Assembly (NCBI GenBank): GCA_031396695.1
Contig: JANNLG010000056.1
Coordinates: 3,853-67,852 of the forward strand
Direction: 5' to 3'
DNA from: Deltaproteobacteria bacterium
Lineage (GTDB): Bacteria > Myxococcota_A > UBA9160 > SZUA-336
Length of the DNA: 64,000 nucleotides
The translations under genes were made by a program, and so were the position numbers. Under the pieces are notes generated by a model, which was not told the DNA's origin, did no database searches, and saw nothing but the letters and a program-made list of their open reading frames with translations. The number at the start of each line of letters is the position of its first letter. Positions within the stretch are counted from its first letter, which is position 1. Shown here piece by piece: positions 19,701 through 30,026 of the stretch.

Positions 19701-20327
19701 ATGGCGCTACGCATCGCGGTGTTGCTGTCGGGCGGCGGGACCACGCTCGAGAACTTGTTCGCCGAGCGGGCGCAGGGCCGGCTCGACGTCGACGTGAGCG
19801 CGGTGATCTCCTCCAAGCCCGAGGCCTTCGGGCTCGAGCGCGCGCGCAAGCACGGCGTGGCGGCGCATGCCGTCGATCGCCGCGCCTTCGACGACGAGCG
19901 CGCCTTCAACGACGCGCTGCACCGACGGCTCGCCCAGGATCCGCCGGATCTGCTCGTGCTCGCCGGCTTCCTGTCGCGCATCGAGCTGCGCGGGTACAAC
20001 GGGCGCGCGATGAACACACACCCGTCGCTGATTCCGGCCTTCTGCGGCAAGGGCTTCTACGGCGAACGCGTCCACCGGGCGGTGCTCGAGTATGGCGCCA
20101 AAGTGACGGGCGCGACCATCCACTACTGCGACGAGCAGTACGACACCGGCCCGATCATCGTGCAGCAGGCAATCCCGGTGCTCGAGGACGACACGCCCGC
20201 CTCGCTCGCCGCGCGCGTCGCAGAGGTCGAGCGCGCGCTCTATCCGCGCGCGATCCAGCTCCACGCCCAGGGCCGCCTGCGCATCGAGGGCCGACGGGTA
20301 CGCGTGTTGCCCCCGACCTCCGGCTGA
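19701..20327 (+). CDS. purN: Phosphoribosylglycinamide formyltransferase PurN
   Basis: IAVLLSGGGTTLENL.., ..LVLAGFLSRI.., NTHPSLIPAFCGKGFYG and the HYCDEQYDTGPII motif (formyl-transferase family). Confidence 0.9.
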   Translation: MALRIAVLLSGGGTTLENLFAERAQGRLDVDVSAVISSKPEAFGLERARKHGVAAHAVDRRAFDDERAFNDALHRRLAQDPPDLLVLAGFLSRIELRGYNGRAMNTHPSLIPAFCGKGFYGERVHRAVLEYGAKVTGATIHYCDEQYDTGPIIVQQAIPVLEDDTPASLAARVAEVERALYPRAIQLHAQGRLRIEGRRVRVLPPTSG

Positions 20328-20401
20328 GGTCCCCGTACCCGCCTTCTAGAGGACGCAACTCCCCCATCAAGCCGCCGCCCGCGCGGGCCGATCCTCCGTT
20401 G

Positions 20402-21796
20402 ATGGACAAGCGGGTTCTGGTGGTCGACGACGACCGCTTGATACGCGAGATGACGCGCGATGCGCTCGTCCAGGAGGGCTTTCGCGTAGCCACCGCGGCG
20501 ACCGGCCGCGAGGCGCTGTCCCGGCTCGGCGACGAGGGTCCGTTCGACCTGGTGATCACGGACCTCTCCATGCGCGAGATGGACGGCTTGGAGCTGCTCG
20601 AGCGCGTGAAGCGCGCCTCGCCACGCACCGAGGTGATCGTGCTGACGGGCTACGCGTCGCTCGAGAGCGCGCTGCAGGCCATGCGCCTGGGCGCCGCCGA
20701 CTATCTGCGCAAGCCGGTGTCCGCGCCCGAGATTACGTACTGCGTGAAACGCACGCTCTTGCGCCGGCGGCTGATGGACGAGAACGAGGCGCTGCGCGGC
20801 TGCGTGCAGGCGTTCGAGGCCGCGCGCGCGCTGGCGTCGTGCCTGGAGAGTGGCGACGTGCTGCCGATGGCGCTCGACATCGTCCTGCGGCTGACCGGCC
20901 GCGGCCGCGCGGTGGGGCGACTGATCGAGCTGCCGTCGCGCACGGGCGAGGGCATCGAGCTGGTCGGCTTCCCCGCGGACACGCTGGCGGAGCTGCGCTC
21001 GCAGATCGAGCTCGGCAAGCTGTTCGATCCGGCCGAGCTCGAACGGCCGGGCATCTCGAGCGGCGACGCGCTAGCGGGCGCGCTCTCGACGCTCGGGCTC
21101 GAAGACCCGCAGCTCTTGCCGCTGCCGATCCGGCTCGAGGGACGCGTGGTTGGCGGGATCTGGATCTTCTCCGACGGGCGACCCTTCGACGCCGACGAGC
21201 GGCAGCGCGCCGAGCTCGTGGTCGAGCAGGCGGAGCTCGCGCTGATCAACGCCGAGCGTTTCCTGCAGGCGCGCGAGAAGGCGTTCATCGACGACGTCAC
21301 GTCGCTGTACAACGCGCGCTATCTGCTATCGGCGCTCGACCGCGAGGTGAACCGCGCCTCGCGTTCGCAGGCCAAGCTGTCGGTGCTGTTTCTCGATCTC
21401 GATCGCTTCAAGACCGTGAACGACCGCTTCGGTCACCTGGTCGGCTCGCGCGTGCTGCGTGAGCTGGGGGTGCTGCTGCAGGAGTCGGTGCGCGCGATCG
21501 ACACCGTGGGCCGCTACGGCGGCGACGAGTTCACCATCCTGCTCGTCGACACGGGCAAGGACGGCGCGCTCTCGGTGGCCGATCGCATCCGGCAATCGGT
21601 CGCCAACCACGTGTTCGGCGGCGAGCGCGGGCTCGACCTGCGGCTCACGATCTCCGTCGGCGTGTCCACCTTCCCGGCGCACGGAGACACGCGCGAGCGA
21701 CTGCTCGATCTGGCCGACAAGGCCATGTATCTGGCGAAGGCGCTCGGCCGCAATCACGTCTGCTCCGCCGACGATCTCTCCAACTCGCGCGGCTAG
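20402..21796 (+). CDS. Response-regulator receiver plus linker plus GGDEF diguanylate cyclase
   Basis: REC domain (VLVVDDDRLIREM...DLVITDLSMREMDG) and an intact GGDEF active site RYGGDEFTILL with upstream FLDLDRFKTVND. Confidence 0.85.
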   Translation: MDKRVLVVDDDRLIREMTRDALVQEGFRVATAATGREALSRLGDEGPFDLVITDLSMREMDGLELLERVKRASPRTEVIVLTGYASLESALQAMRLGAADYLRKPVSAPEITYCVKRTLLRRRLMDENEALRGCVQAFEAARALASCLESGDVLPMALDIVLRLTGRGRAVGRLIELPSRTGEGIELVGFPADTLAELRSQIELGKLFDPAELERPGISSGDALAGALSTLGLEDPQLLPLPIRLEGRVVGGIWIFSDGRPFDADERQRAELVVEQAELALINAERFLQAREKAFIDDVTSLYNARYLLSALDREVNRASRSQAKLSVLFLDLDRFKTVNDRFGHLVGSRVLRELGVLLQESVRAIDTVGRYGGDEFTILLVDTGKDGALSVADRIRQSVANHVFGGERGLDLRLTISVGVSTFPAHGDTRERLLDLADKAMYLAKALGRNHVCSADDLSNSRG

Positions 21797-21971
21797 AATC
21801 CGACCCGCTGCCGACTGCGAGACGGGCGCCGTCCGCGGCCGCCCGCGGCGGCGCCCCGCAAGCGCCGCACAGCGGCGCGCGCAGCGAGGCGAAGCCGAGC
21901 GAAGTAAACCTGTGGTAGGCTCCGCGCGCCGTACCCCGACCGCCGTACCCCTGACCGCCGCGGAGGCAGCC

Positions 21972-23756
21972 TTGTCGCGACTCGATCCACTCGGCGATCT
22001 GCGCCGAACACACTTCTGTGGAAGCCTGCGTCCGAGCGACGTCGGCCGCGAAGTCGTGCTGTGCGGCTGGGTGCGCAAGCGCCGCGACCACGGCGGCGTG
22101 ATCTTCGTCGACCTGCGCGACCGCACCGGCCTCGCGCAGGTCGTGTTCAAACCCGACGCGCAGCTCGAAGCGCACGGCAAGGCGCAGGCGGTCCGCGCCG
22201 AGTGGGTGCTGCTGGTGCGCGGCGTGCTCGCGCGCCGCGACGGCGACGTCGTGAACCCGAACCTGCCCACCGGCGAGGTCGAGCTGGTCGCGCACGAGGT
22301 GCGGATCCTCAACACCGCCACCACGCCGCCGTTCGAGATCGAGGACGACGTCGTGCACGACGAGAGCAGTCGGATGAAATACCGCATCCACGAGCTGCGC
22401 CGGCCGGTGATGCAGAAGCGCCTGCAGGTCCGGCACTCGCTCGCGCAAGCGCTGCGCACCGCCTGCACCGAGCGGGGACTGCTCGAGATCGAGACGCCGA
22501 TCCTGGCGCGCGCCACGCCGGAGGGCGCGCGCGACTTCCTGGTGCCGAGCCGTGTGCAGCACGGCAGCTTCTACGCGCTGCCGCAATCGCCGCAGATCCT
22601 GAAGCAGATGCTGATGGTCGCGGGTTTCGACGGCTATTTTCAGATCGCGCGCTGCTTTCGGGACGAGGACCAGCGCGCCGATCGCCAGCTCGAGTTCACG
22701 CAGCTCGATCTGGAGATGTCGTTCGTCGGCGTCGAGGACGTGCTCGACCTGCTCGAGTTCCTGACCGTGCGCGCCTACCGCGACGTGCTCGGCGTCGAGC
22801 TCGCGCGCCCGTTCGATCGCGTTTCGTACGCCGACGCGATGGCGCGCTACGGCTCCGACAAGCCGGAGCGGCGCATCGCGCTCGAGATCGTGGAGCTCTC
22901 GGATCTGCTGCGGAAGAGCGAGTTCAAGGTCTTCGCGGGCGCGCTCTCGAGCGGCGGCGTCGTGCGCGGGTTGCCGATACACGACGCGGCCGCGCTCTCG
23001 CGCAGCGAGCTCGATCGCCTGAACGAACAGGCGCGAACCTACGGCGCGAAGGGCCTGGCCTGGGTGCGCGTTTCCGACGACGGATCGTGGCAGTCGCCGA
23101 TCGCGAAATTCCTCAGCGACGACGAGAAGGCGGCGATCGGCAAGCGCGCCGGACTGCGGCCCGGAACTGTGATCCTGTTCGGCGCCGATCGCGAGAAGGT
23201 CGTGTGCGACGTGCTCGGCCGACTGCGCCTCGAGCTCGGCCAGAAGCTCGGCCGCTACGACGGCCGCCCCTGGGATCCGCACTTCGTGGTCGGCTTCCCG
23301 CTCTTCGAAGAGGGCGACGACGGCAAGCTCACCTACATGCACATGCCGTTCGTCGCGCCGCTCGAGACCGAGATCGCGAAGCTCGACAGCGATCCGAAGA
23401 GCGTGATCGCCACGCACTACGACCTGGTCATGAACGGCGTCGAGCTCGGCTCGGGGAGTCTGCGCAACCACCGCTCCGATCTGCAGCTCAAGATCCTCGC
23501 GATCATGGGCTATTCGGAAGAAGAGGCGCGCGCGCGCTTCGGCTTCATGCTCGACGCGCTCGACACGGGCGCGCCGCCGCACGGCGGCTTCGCGTTCGGC
23601 TTCGATCGCTTCGCGCTGATGCTCGCCGGCGGCGACAGTCTGCGCGACGTGATCGCGTTCCCGAAGACCCAGCGTGCGCAGGACAGCTTCATGGAGTCGC
23701 CCAGCGTCGTCGACCCGGGCCAGCTCAAAGAGCTCGGCCTACGCCTGCGTGAGTAG
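21972..23756 (+). CDS. aspS: Aspartate--tRNA ligase AspS
   Basis: Class II aaRS motifs (FYALPQSPQ.., QIARCFRDEDQRADRQLEFTQLDLEMSF, GGFAFGFDRFALMLAG). Probable TTG start at 21972; the ORF-track start is an upstream run-on. Confidence 0.85.
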   Translation: MSRLDPLGDLRRTHFCGSLRPSDVGREVVLCGWVRKRRDHGGVIFVDLRDRTGLAQVVFKPDAQLEAHGKAQAVRAEWVLLVRGVLARRDGDVVNPNLPTGEVELVAHEVRILNTATTPPFEIEDDVVHDESSRMKYRIHELRRPVMQKRLQVRHSLAQALRTACTERGLLEIETPILARATPEGARDFLVPSRVQHGSFYALPQSPQILKQMLMVAGFDGYFQIARCFRDEDQRADRQLEFTQLDLEMSFVGVEDVLDLLEFLTVRAYRDVLGVELARPFDRVSYADAMARYGSDKPERRIALEIVELSDLLRKSEFKVFAGALSSGGVVRGLPIHDAAALSRSELDRLNEQARTYGAKGLAWVRVSDDGSWQSPIAKFLSDDEKAAIGKRAGLRPGTVILFGADREKVVCDVLGRLRLELGQKLGRYDGRPWDPHFVVGFPLFEEGDDGKLTYMHMPFVAPLETEIAKLDSDPKSVIATHYDLVMNGVELGSGSLRNHRSDLQLKILAIMGYSEEEARARFGFMLDALDTGAPPHGGFAFGFDRFALMLAGGDSLRDVIAFPKTQRAQDSFMESPSVVDPGQLKELGLRLRE

Positions 23757-24833
23757 CTCCGGCGCTTCCTTCGCGGCCTCGTAGCCCTTCCACGAGTGCG
23801 ACGCGAAGTCGTACAGTTTGCACGCGCGCGTGGTGCGCAGGTAGTCGGCGAAGCGGAAGCTCCGTTCGCGCACGACGTCGCCGAAGTCGCGCCGGATCGC
23901 GTCGCACGCTTCGGGCAGGCGATAGAAGGGGATGCGCATGTCCACATGGTGAGGCACGTGCAGCATGATGTTGTGCATGAAGAAGTTCACCCAGGCGGGC
24001 ACGTGCAGGATCGTGGTGCCCTCCATCTGACCCTTGAAGCGCGTCCACTCGCGGCGGCTCTGCCAGGCGATCTCGGGCGAGATGTGGTGCACGTACACGG
24101 CGATGCCGATCACGTAGTTCCACAGTGCGAACGGCACCGCGAAGACCTTGAACCAGAGCCAGAGCGCGCCACCGACGCTTCCGTACAAACCGATGCCCGC
24201 GGCGAGCAGGGCGACGTGGATGACGGCCGCGTAGGCCCACACGATCGCGCGGTCGCGCTTCACGTCCGCGGCGATCTTGGCCGGGGCGTCGAAGCGCATC
24301 ATGTTCTTCCACCAGATGTCCCAGCCGTAGTACACGCCGGCTCCGAGCCACGACCACTTCACGCGGTGGAGCGCGCGCTGCACGGGGGTCATGGCGCGAT
24401 ACGACTCGGGCGTGGCGGGATGCCAGACGTAGTCCATCACCTCGCGCACGGTGTGGCCGTGGTGGATGCGGTTGTGCCCGAACACCCAGGCCTCGTACAC
24501 GTGCAGCGACGGCAGCATGGCCGCCTGCCCGACGATGTAATTCATGCGCTTGCTCGCGAACAGCGCGCCGTGCGCGGCGTCGTGTCCGATGATGAAGAGC
24601 GCGCTGATCGAGAGCGCCGTCAGCACCCAGAGCGGCACCAGCAGGAAGATCGAATCGACCGCGAAGAGCAGTGCGACCATGCCCGCATAGATCGCGATGT
24701 CGCGCGCGAAGTAGAGCAACCCCAAGGCGGTCGGGTTCTCGTAGACGTGCTCGGGGAGCTTGTCGATCACGTCGCTGATCGTGGGACCGGACTCGACCTC
24801 TTCAGGCGCCGCGGATTCGATGGGACTTGCCAT
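23739..24833 (-). CDS. Membrane fatty-acid desaturase family protein
   Basis: Three His boxes ([20 protein letters not shown]) within multi-TM segments. Probable ATG at 24833 (MASPIES..). Confidence 0.8.
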   Translation of the reverse strand: MASPIESAAPEEVESGPTISDVIDKLPEHVYENPTALGLLYFARDIAIYAGMVALLFAVDSIFLLVPLWVLTALSISALFIIGHDAAHGALFASKRMNYIVGQAAMLPSLHVYEAWVFGHNRIHHGHTVREVMDYVWHPATPESYRAMTPVQRALHRVKWSWLGAGVYYGWDIWWKNMMRFDAPAKIAADVKRDRAIVWAYAAVIHVALLAAGIGLYGSVGGALWLWFKVFAVPFALWNYVIGIAVYVHHISPEIAWQSRREWTRFKGQMEGTTILHVPAWVNFFMHNIMLHVPHHVDMRIPFYRLPEACDAIRRDFGDVVRERSFRFADYLRTTRACKLYDFASHSWKGYEAAKEAPELLTQA

Positions 24834-24958
24834 TGGCCCAAAGGGTATACACGCGGCGGCGGGGGCGCGCCTTCCGCGCGTCAAAGTTCGGTAAAACCGC
24901 TCATTCCGGCTGGTATGATCGCGGCGCACTCCGGGCTGTACGTAGTGGAGGTAAGTCG

Positions 24959-26068
24959 TTGAAGACATTGGCGGCCGTCGCGTGGGAGCCGGGGAAACCC
25001 CTCGCGATCGAGCAGGTCGAGCTCGAGGGTCCGAAGGCGGGCGAATGCCTGGTCCGGCTGGCTGCGACCGGAGTCTGTCACACCGATGCGTACACCCTGT
25101 CCGGCAAGGATCCGGAAGGCCTGTTCCCGGCCGTGCTCGGGCACGAGGGCGCGGGCGAGGTGGTCGAGCTCGGCGCGGGCGTGCGCTCGCTCGCGGTCGG
25201 CGACCACGTGATCCCGCTCTACATTCCCGAGTGTCGCGAGTGCAAGTTCTGCCTTTCCGGCAAGACCAACCTGTGCGCGCGCATCCGCGAGACGCAAGGC
25301 AAGGGTGTGATGCCCGACGGCACGAGCCGCCTGTCCGCGCGCGGCAAGACCGTGCACCACTACATGGGCACGTCCACCTTCGCGGAATACACCGTGGTGC
25401 CGGAGATCGCGCTCGCCAAGGTGCGCAAGGACGCGCCGCTCGATCGCATCTGTCTGCTCGGTTGCGGCGTCACGACGGGAATCGGCGCGGTGCTGCACAC
25501 GGCCAAGGTCGAGCCGGGCTCGTCGGTGGCGGTGTTCGGGCTGGGGGGGATCGGGCTGTCGGTGATTCAGGGCGCGGTGATGGCGGGTGCGGAGCGCATC
25601 ATCGGCGTCGACCTGAACCCGCGGAAGTTCGAGCTCGCGAAGGCTTTCGGCGCAACCGATTTTCTGAACCCGAAGGACACGGCCGATGTCGCGGCTGCGA
25701 TCGTGTCGCTGACCGACGGCGGTGTGGACTACTCGTTCGAGTGCATCGGCAACGTCGACGTGATGGGCCAGGCGCTCGCCTGTACGAGCCGAGGCTGGGG
25801 CCAGGCGATCATCATCGGCGTGGCGGGCTCCGGCCAGGAGATCCACGCGCGGCCGTTCCTGCTGGTCACCGGCCGCACCTGGCGCGGCACCGCGTTCGGC
25901 GGCACGAAGGGCCGCACGCAGCTGCCGCGCTTCGTCGACCGCTACATGAACGGCAAGCTCAAGCTCGACGAGATGGTCACCGCCGAGCTTCCGCTCGAGC
26001 GCATCAACCACGCCTTCGAGCTGATGCACGAGGGGTCGGCAATCCGCTCGATCATCAAGTTCCGGTGA
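24959..26068 (+). CDS. frmA: S-(hydroxymethyl)glutathione dehydrogenase / class III alcohol dehydrogenase
   Basis: Nearly collinear with E. coli FrmA/AdhC ([65 protein letters not shown]..). TTG start at 24959. Confidence 0.9.
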   Translation: MKTLAAVAWEPGKPLAIEQVELEGPKAGECLVRLAATGVCHTDAYTLSGKDPEGLFPAVLGHEGAGEVVELGAGVRSLAVGDHVIPLYIPECRECKFCLSGKTNLCARIRETQGKGVMPDGTSRLSARGKTVHHYMGTSTFAEYTVVPEIALAKVRKDAPLDRICLLGCGVTTGIGAVLHTAKVEPGSSVAVFGLGGIGLSVIQGAVMAGAERIIGVDLNPRKFELAKAFGATDFLNPKDTADVAAAIVSLTDGGVDYSFECIGNVDVMGQALACTSRGWGQAIIIGVAGSGQEIHARPFLLVTGRTWRGTAFGGTKGRTQLPRFVDRYMNGKLKLDEMVTAELPLERINHAFELMHEGSAIRSIIKFR

Positions 26069-26712
26069 AGCCGGCCAGCGATCCATCGGTCGACTACCGC
26101 GCGCTCGTGCGCGAGGGCTACGACGCCTGCGCCGCGGAGTTCAGCGCCGCGCGCATGCGCGAGGACGCGCCGGAGCTCGAGCTCTTGCTGCCGTGCCTGG
26201 CGACGGGCTCGCGCGTGCTCGACCTCGGCTGCGGCGCGGGCGTGCCGGTCGCGGCGGCGCTCGCCCGGGAGCACCGCGTCGTGGGCGTCGACTTCTCCGC
26301 GGAGCAGATCCGCCGGGCGCGCGCGAACGTGCCCGGCGTCGAGTTCATCGAGTCCGACTTGATGGCGGTCGAATTTTCCGACGCGTCTTTCGAAGCGATC
26401 GTCGCCTTCTACTCGCTATTCCACCTGCCGCGCGAGGAGCACGAAGAGCTCCTCCGCCGCGTACACCGCTGGCTCGCGCCGGGTGGTCACTTGCTCGCGA
26501 CGGTGACACGCGTCCGCGAGGACGCGTACACCGAAGACGGCTTCTTCGGCGTTCGCATGTACTGGAGCAACTGGGGCTGCGAAGACTACGTGCAGATGCT
26601 CGAGGCGCTCGGTTTCGAGCTGCTCGCCAGCCGCACGCTCGGCCACGGCTACAGCGACGGCGAGGCGCGGCGGCCCGAGACCCACCCGCTGCTATTCGCT
26701 CGCAAGCGCTAG
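26065..26712 (+). CDS. Class I SAM-dependent methyltransferase
   Basis: SAM-binding motif [14 protein letters not shown] start overlaps the frmA stop (GTGA). Confidence 0.7.
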   Translation: MKPASDPSVDYRALVREGYDACAAEFSAARMREDAPELELLLPCLATGSRVLDLGCGAGVPVAAALAREHRVVGVDFSAEQIRRARANVPGVEFIESDLMAVEFSDASFEAIVAFYSLFHLPREEHEELLRRVHRWLAPGGHLLATVTRVREDAYTEDGFFGVRMYWSNWGCEDYVQMLEALGFELLASRTLGHGYSDGEARRPETHPLLFARKR

Positions 26713-28010
26713 CTAGTAGCCGAGGATCCGCTCCGAGAGGTACGACGGAAGCTCGGTGAGAGCGATGCGCTCCTGCTTGGTCGTGTCGCGCTCGCGCACG
26801 GTCGCCTTCTGATCCTGTTCCGACTCGAAGTCGTAGGTGACACAGAACGGCGTTCCCACCTCGTCCTGGCGCCGGTAGCGGCGGCCGATCGCGCCGGAGG
26901 TGTCGGAGTCGACCGAGAAGCGGCGGCGAAGATCGGCGGCGATCCGCTCGGCCGGCTCCGCAAGCTTCTTCGAGAGCGGCAGCACCGCCACCTTGATCGG
27001 CGCGATCTGCGGCGTGAGGCGCAGCACGACGCGCTTCTCGCCGCCCACCTCGTCTTCCTGATAGGCGCTGCACAAGAGCGCGAGCAGGCAACGGTCCACG
27101 CCGACGGACGTCTCGATCACGTACGGCACATAGCGGTCCTTCGACTCGGGATCCGTGTACGACTGGTCCTTGCCGGAGTGCTCGTTGTGCTGCTTCAGGT
27201 CGAAGTCACCGCGGTGGTGCACGCCCTCGAGCTCCTGCCAGCCGAACGGGAACTCGAACACCACGTCGTAGGCGGCCTTCGCGTAGTGCGCGAGCTCGTC
27301 GGGTCCGTGCGCGTGCCAGCGCAGCTTCTCGGGCGCGATCCCGATGTCGTGGTGCCAGCGCATGCGGATCTCGCGGAAGCGCTCGAACCACTCCATCGCC
27401 TCGCCGGGCGGCGTGAAGTACTCGAGCTCCATCTGCTCGAACTCGCGCGAGCGAAAGATGAAGTTGCGCGGCGTGATTTCGTTGCGGAAGGCCTTGCCGA
27501 TCTGCGCGATCCCGAACGGCGGCTTCATGCGCGCCGACTGCATCACGCGCTTGAAGTCCAGGAAGATCGACTGACAGGTCTCGGCGCGCAGATACGCGTC
27601 GCCCGCCGAGTCGTCGGCCGCGCCGATGCGCGTCTTCAGCATCAGGTTGAACTGGCGCGGCTCGGTCAGGTCGTGCTTGCCGTCGCGCGAGATGGCGCAG
27701 CGGTCTTCGGGGTCCATCTGATCCGCGCGAAAGCGACGCTTGCAGGTGCGGCAGTCGACCATCGGGTCGTTGAAGTTCGCGACGTGTCCCGACGCCACCC
27801 AGGTCTGCGGATTCGCGATGATCGACGAGTCGAGGCCGACCACGTCGTCGCGCTCGCGCACCATGCGCTGCCACCAGGCGGCTTTGACGTTGTTGCGCAT
27901 CTCCGTGCCCAGCGGTCCGTAGTCCCAGAAACCCGCGATGCCGCCGTAGATCTCGCTCGACGGAAAGATGAAGCCGCGATTCGCGCACAGCGCAACGAGT
28001 TTTTCCATGA
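26713..28010 (-). CDS. glyQS: Glycine--tRNA ligase (alpha2-type GlyQS)
   Basis: MEKLVALCANRGFIFPSSEIYGG..WWQRMV..FRNEITPRNFIFRSREFEQMELEYF.. matches dimeric GlyRS. Start taken at the internal Met aligned to the homologue N-terminus. Confidence 0.85.
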
Positions 28011-28049
28011 CGTCCACGTCGGCGAGTATCCGAATGACGCTTCGGGGTG

Positions 28050-28760
28050 TCAACCAGCGAGGCGCGCGAGCAGTGCGACCGCGGCCGTTTCGACGCGCAG
28101 CACGCGTGGACCGAGACCGACACGCAGCGCACCGACGGCGTCGAGCCGCTCGAGCTCGTGATCCTGGAGTCCGCCTTCGGGGCCGATCACGAGCACGGTC
28201 AGCGAAGCCTCGCGCGCTTCGAGCGTGGGATCGGCGCTCGGATGTGCGACGAGGATTCGGCCCGCGCCTGCAAGCTCCGGCAGCGTGTCCTCGACGAACG
28301 GACGGAAGCGGCGCGCGAACGCGATCTCGGGCAGCAGCGTGTCGCCCGCTTGCTCGAGCCCGAGCAGCAGCTGCTCGTGAAGCCGAGCGGGCTCGAGCCC
28401 CGTGCTCTGCCAGTAGCTCTTCTCGACGCGCGCGCTCGCGAAGAGAAGGAAGCGCTTCACACCCAGCGCCGTGGCCTGCTGCAGCACCTTGCGCAGGCTC
28501 GGAGGGCGCGGAAGCGCTAGCGCGAGCGTGATCGGGAGCGGAGCAGGCGGCTCGCGGTCGAGCGCGACCTCGAGCTCGAGCCCGGTCGCGTCCAGCCCGA
28601 CGATCGTGCCGTGGCCGAGCTGGCCGCCGATCCGGCCGATCGTCAGCACGTCGCCGAGCTTCGCGCGCAGGATCTCGCGCACGTGGCGGTGGCGCCGATC
28701 GACGACGCGTACGCGCCCCGGCGCGAGCTCGTCGCTCTCGTCGAAGAGCAGGACGTTCAC
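28050..28760 (-). CDS. rsmE: 16S rRNA (uracil1498-N3)-methyltransferase RsmE
   Basis: RsmE/DUF558 pattern, N-terminal PUA-like region and C-terminal SPOUT-type knot (VLVIGPEGGLQDHE..). Confidence 0.8.
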   Translation of the reverse strand: MNVLLFDESDELAPGRVRVVDRRHRHVREILRAKLGDVLTIGRIGGQLGHGTIVGLDATGLELEVALDREPPAPLPITLALALPRPPSLRKVLQQATALGVKRFLLFASARVEKSYWQSTGLEPARLHEQLLLGLEQAGDTLLPEIAFARRFRPFVEDTLPELAGAGRILVAHPSADPTLEAREASLTVLVIGPEGGLQDHELERLDAVGALRVGLGPRVLRVETAAVALLARLAG

Positions 28761-30001
28761 CGCGCGAGCCGGTCCCGTACCCGCTCGACCTCGAGCATCA
28801 CCCGCAGCAGGTTCTCGCCGAGCACCTTGCGAACCACGTCTTCGGACCAGCCGCGTTCGAGCAGACCGCGCGTCAAGTTCGGGAGCTCACTCACGTCTTC
28901 GAGCGACTCGGGCATGCTCGGCACGCCGTCGAAATCGGAGCCGAGTCCGACGTGGTCCTCGCCCGCGACGCGCAGCGCGTGGTCGAAGTGATCGAGCAGC
29001 CGCGCGAGCGAGCCCTTCGGCACCGGATCGGTCGCCGCGATCGCGCGCGTGGCCTGGGACATCGCGCGCAGGTTCCCCTTGTGCGTCTCGCGCAGGCTCG
29101 CGAACTCCGCCGCGTGGCGCGCGAACCAGGCGCGGATCAGCGGGGCGGCCTCCGGGTCGTTGTAGCCGGGATAGAAGTTGATCATCACCACGCCGCCCTG
29201 CGAAGCGAGCGAGTGCAGCATCTCGTCGGTCATGTTGCGCGGGTGGTCGTGGACCGCGCGGCACGACGAGTGCGACGCGATCACCGGCGCCTCCGTCACC
29301 GCCAGCGTGTCGCGGAACGTCTCCGCCGAGACGTGCGACACGTCGACCATCATGCCGAGCCGGTTCATCTCGCGCACCACCTCTTCGCCGAACGCGTTCA
29401 GCCCGCCCATGCCGGGCGGCAGCGGCTCGCCGGTGCCGGCGGAATCCGCCCAGTCGAGATGGAAGCTGTGCGTGAGCGTCATGTAGCGCACGCCCAGGCG
29501 GTAGAAGTCGCGCAGCACGGAGAGCTTGCCCTCGATCATGTGGCCGCCCTCGACGCCCAGTAGAGAGACGAGTTTCCCCTGCGCGACGCCGCGCCGGATC
29601 GAGGCCACGTCGGTCGCCACGACCACGTCGTTCGGATGCGCGCGCGCGAGCTCCCAGACCGAGTCGATCCGCTCCAGCGCCTCGCGAATCGCGCGTCCGT
29701 CGCCCTCGACCTTGCCCACGTAGATCGACCAGAACTGCACGTCGAGCCCGCCCTCGCGCGCGCGCGGCAGGTCGATGCTGCCCTCGTTGCGCGGGTGCCG
29801 CGCGGCGAAGTCGTAGTCCGGGTCCTGGAAGCGCGGCGTGGTGTCGGCGTGGGTGTCGAGCACGATCGCGTCGCGGTGCACGCGCGCGGCTCGCTGCTCG
29901 GGCGTCTCGTCCGGACCGCCGCAGCCGGGCAAAAGGACGACGACCGACAAACCCAATGCGAGCGAAGCTCGCCGCGAGGCTTCTGCTCTTTCGGGTATCA
30001 T
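28757..30001 (-). CDS. Membrane dipeptidase (peptidase family M19), lipoprotein
   Basis: M19 signatures (DTHADT.., ..THSFHLDWADS.., MMVDVSHVS, LGSDFDG). Lipobox-like LLPGCGG. ATG at 30001. Confidence 0.8.
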   Translation of the reverse strand: MIPERAEASRRASLALGLSVVVLLPGCGGPDETPEQRAARVHRDAIVLDTHADTTPRFQDPDYDFAARHPRNEGSIDLPRAREGGLDVQFWSIYVGKVEGDGRAIREALERIDSVWELARAHPNDVVVATDVASIRRGVAQGKLVSLLGVEGGHMIEGKLSVLRDFYRLGVRYMTLTHSFHLDWADSAGTGEPLPPGMGGLNAFGEEVVREMNRLGMMVDVSHVSAETFRDTLAVTEAPVIASHSSCRAVHDHPRNMTDEMLHSLASQGGVVMINFYPGYNDPEAAPLIRAWFARHAAEFASLRETHKGNLRAMSQATRAIAATDPVPKGSLARLLDHFDHALRVAGEDHVGLGSDFDGVPSMPESLEDVSELPNLTRGLLERGWSEDVVRKVLGENLLRVMLEVERVRDRLAR

Positions 30002-30026
30002 GCGCGCTCCCCGGGAGGATTCTGAC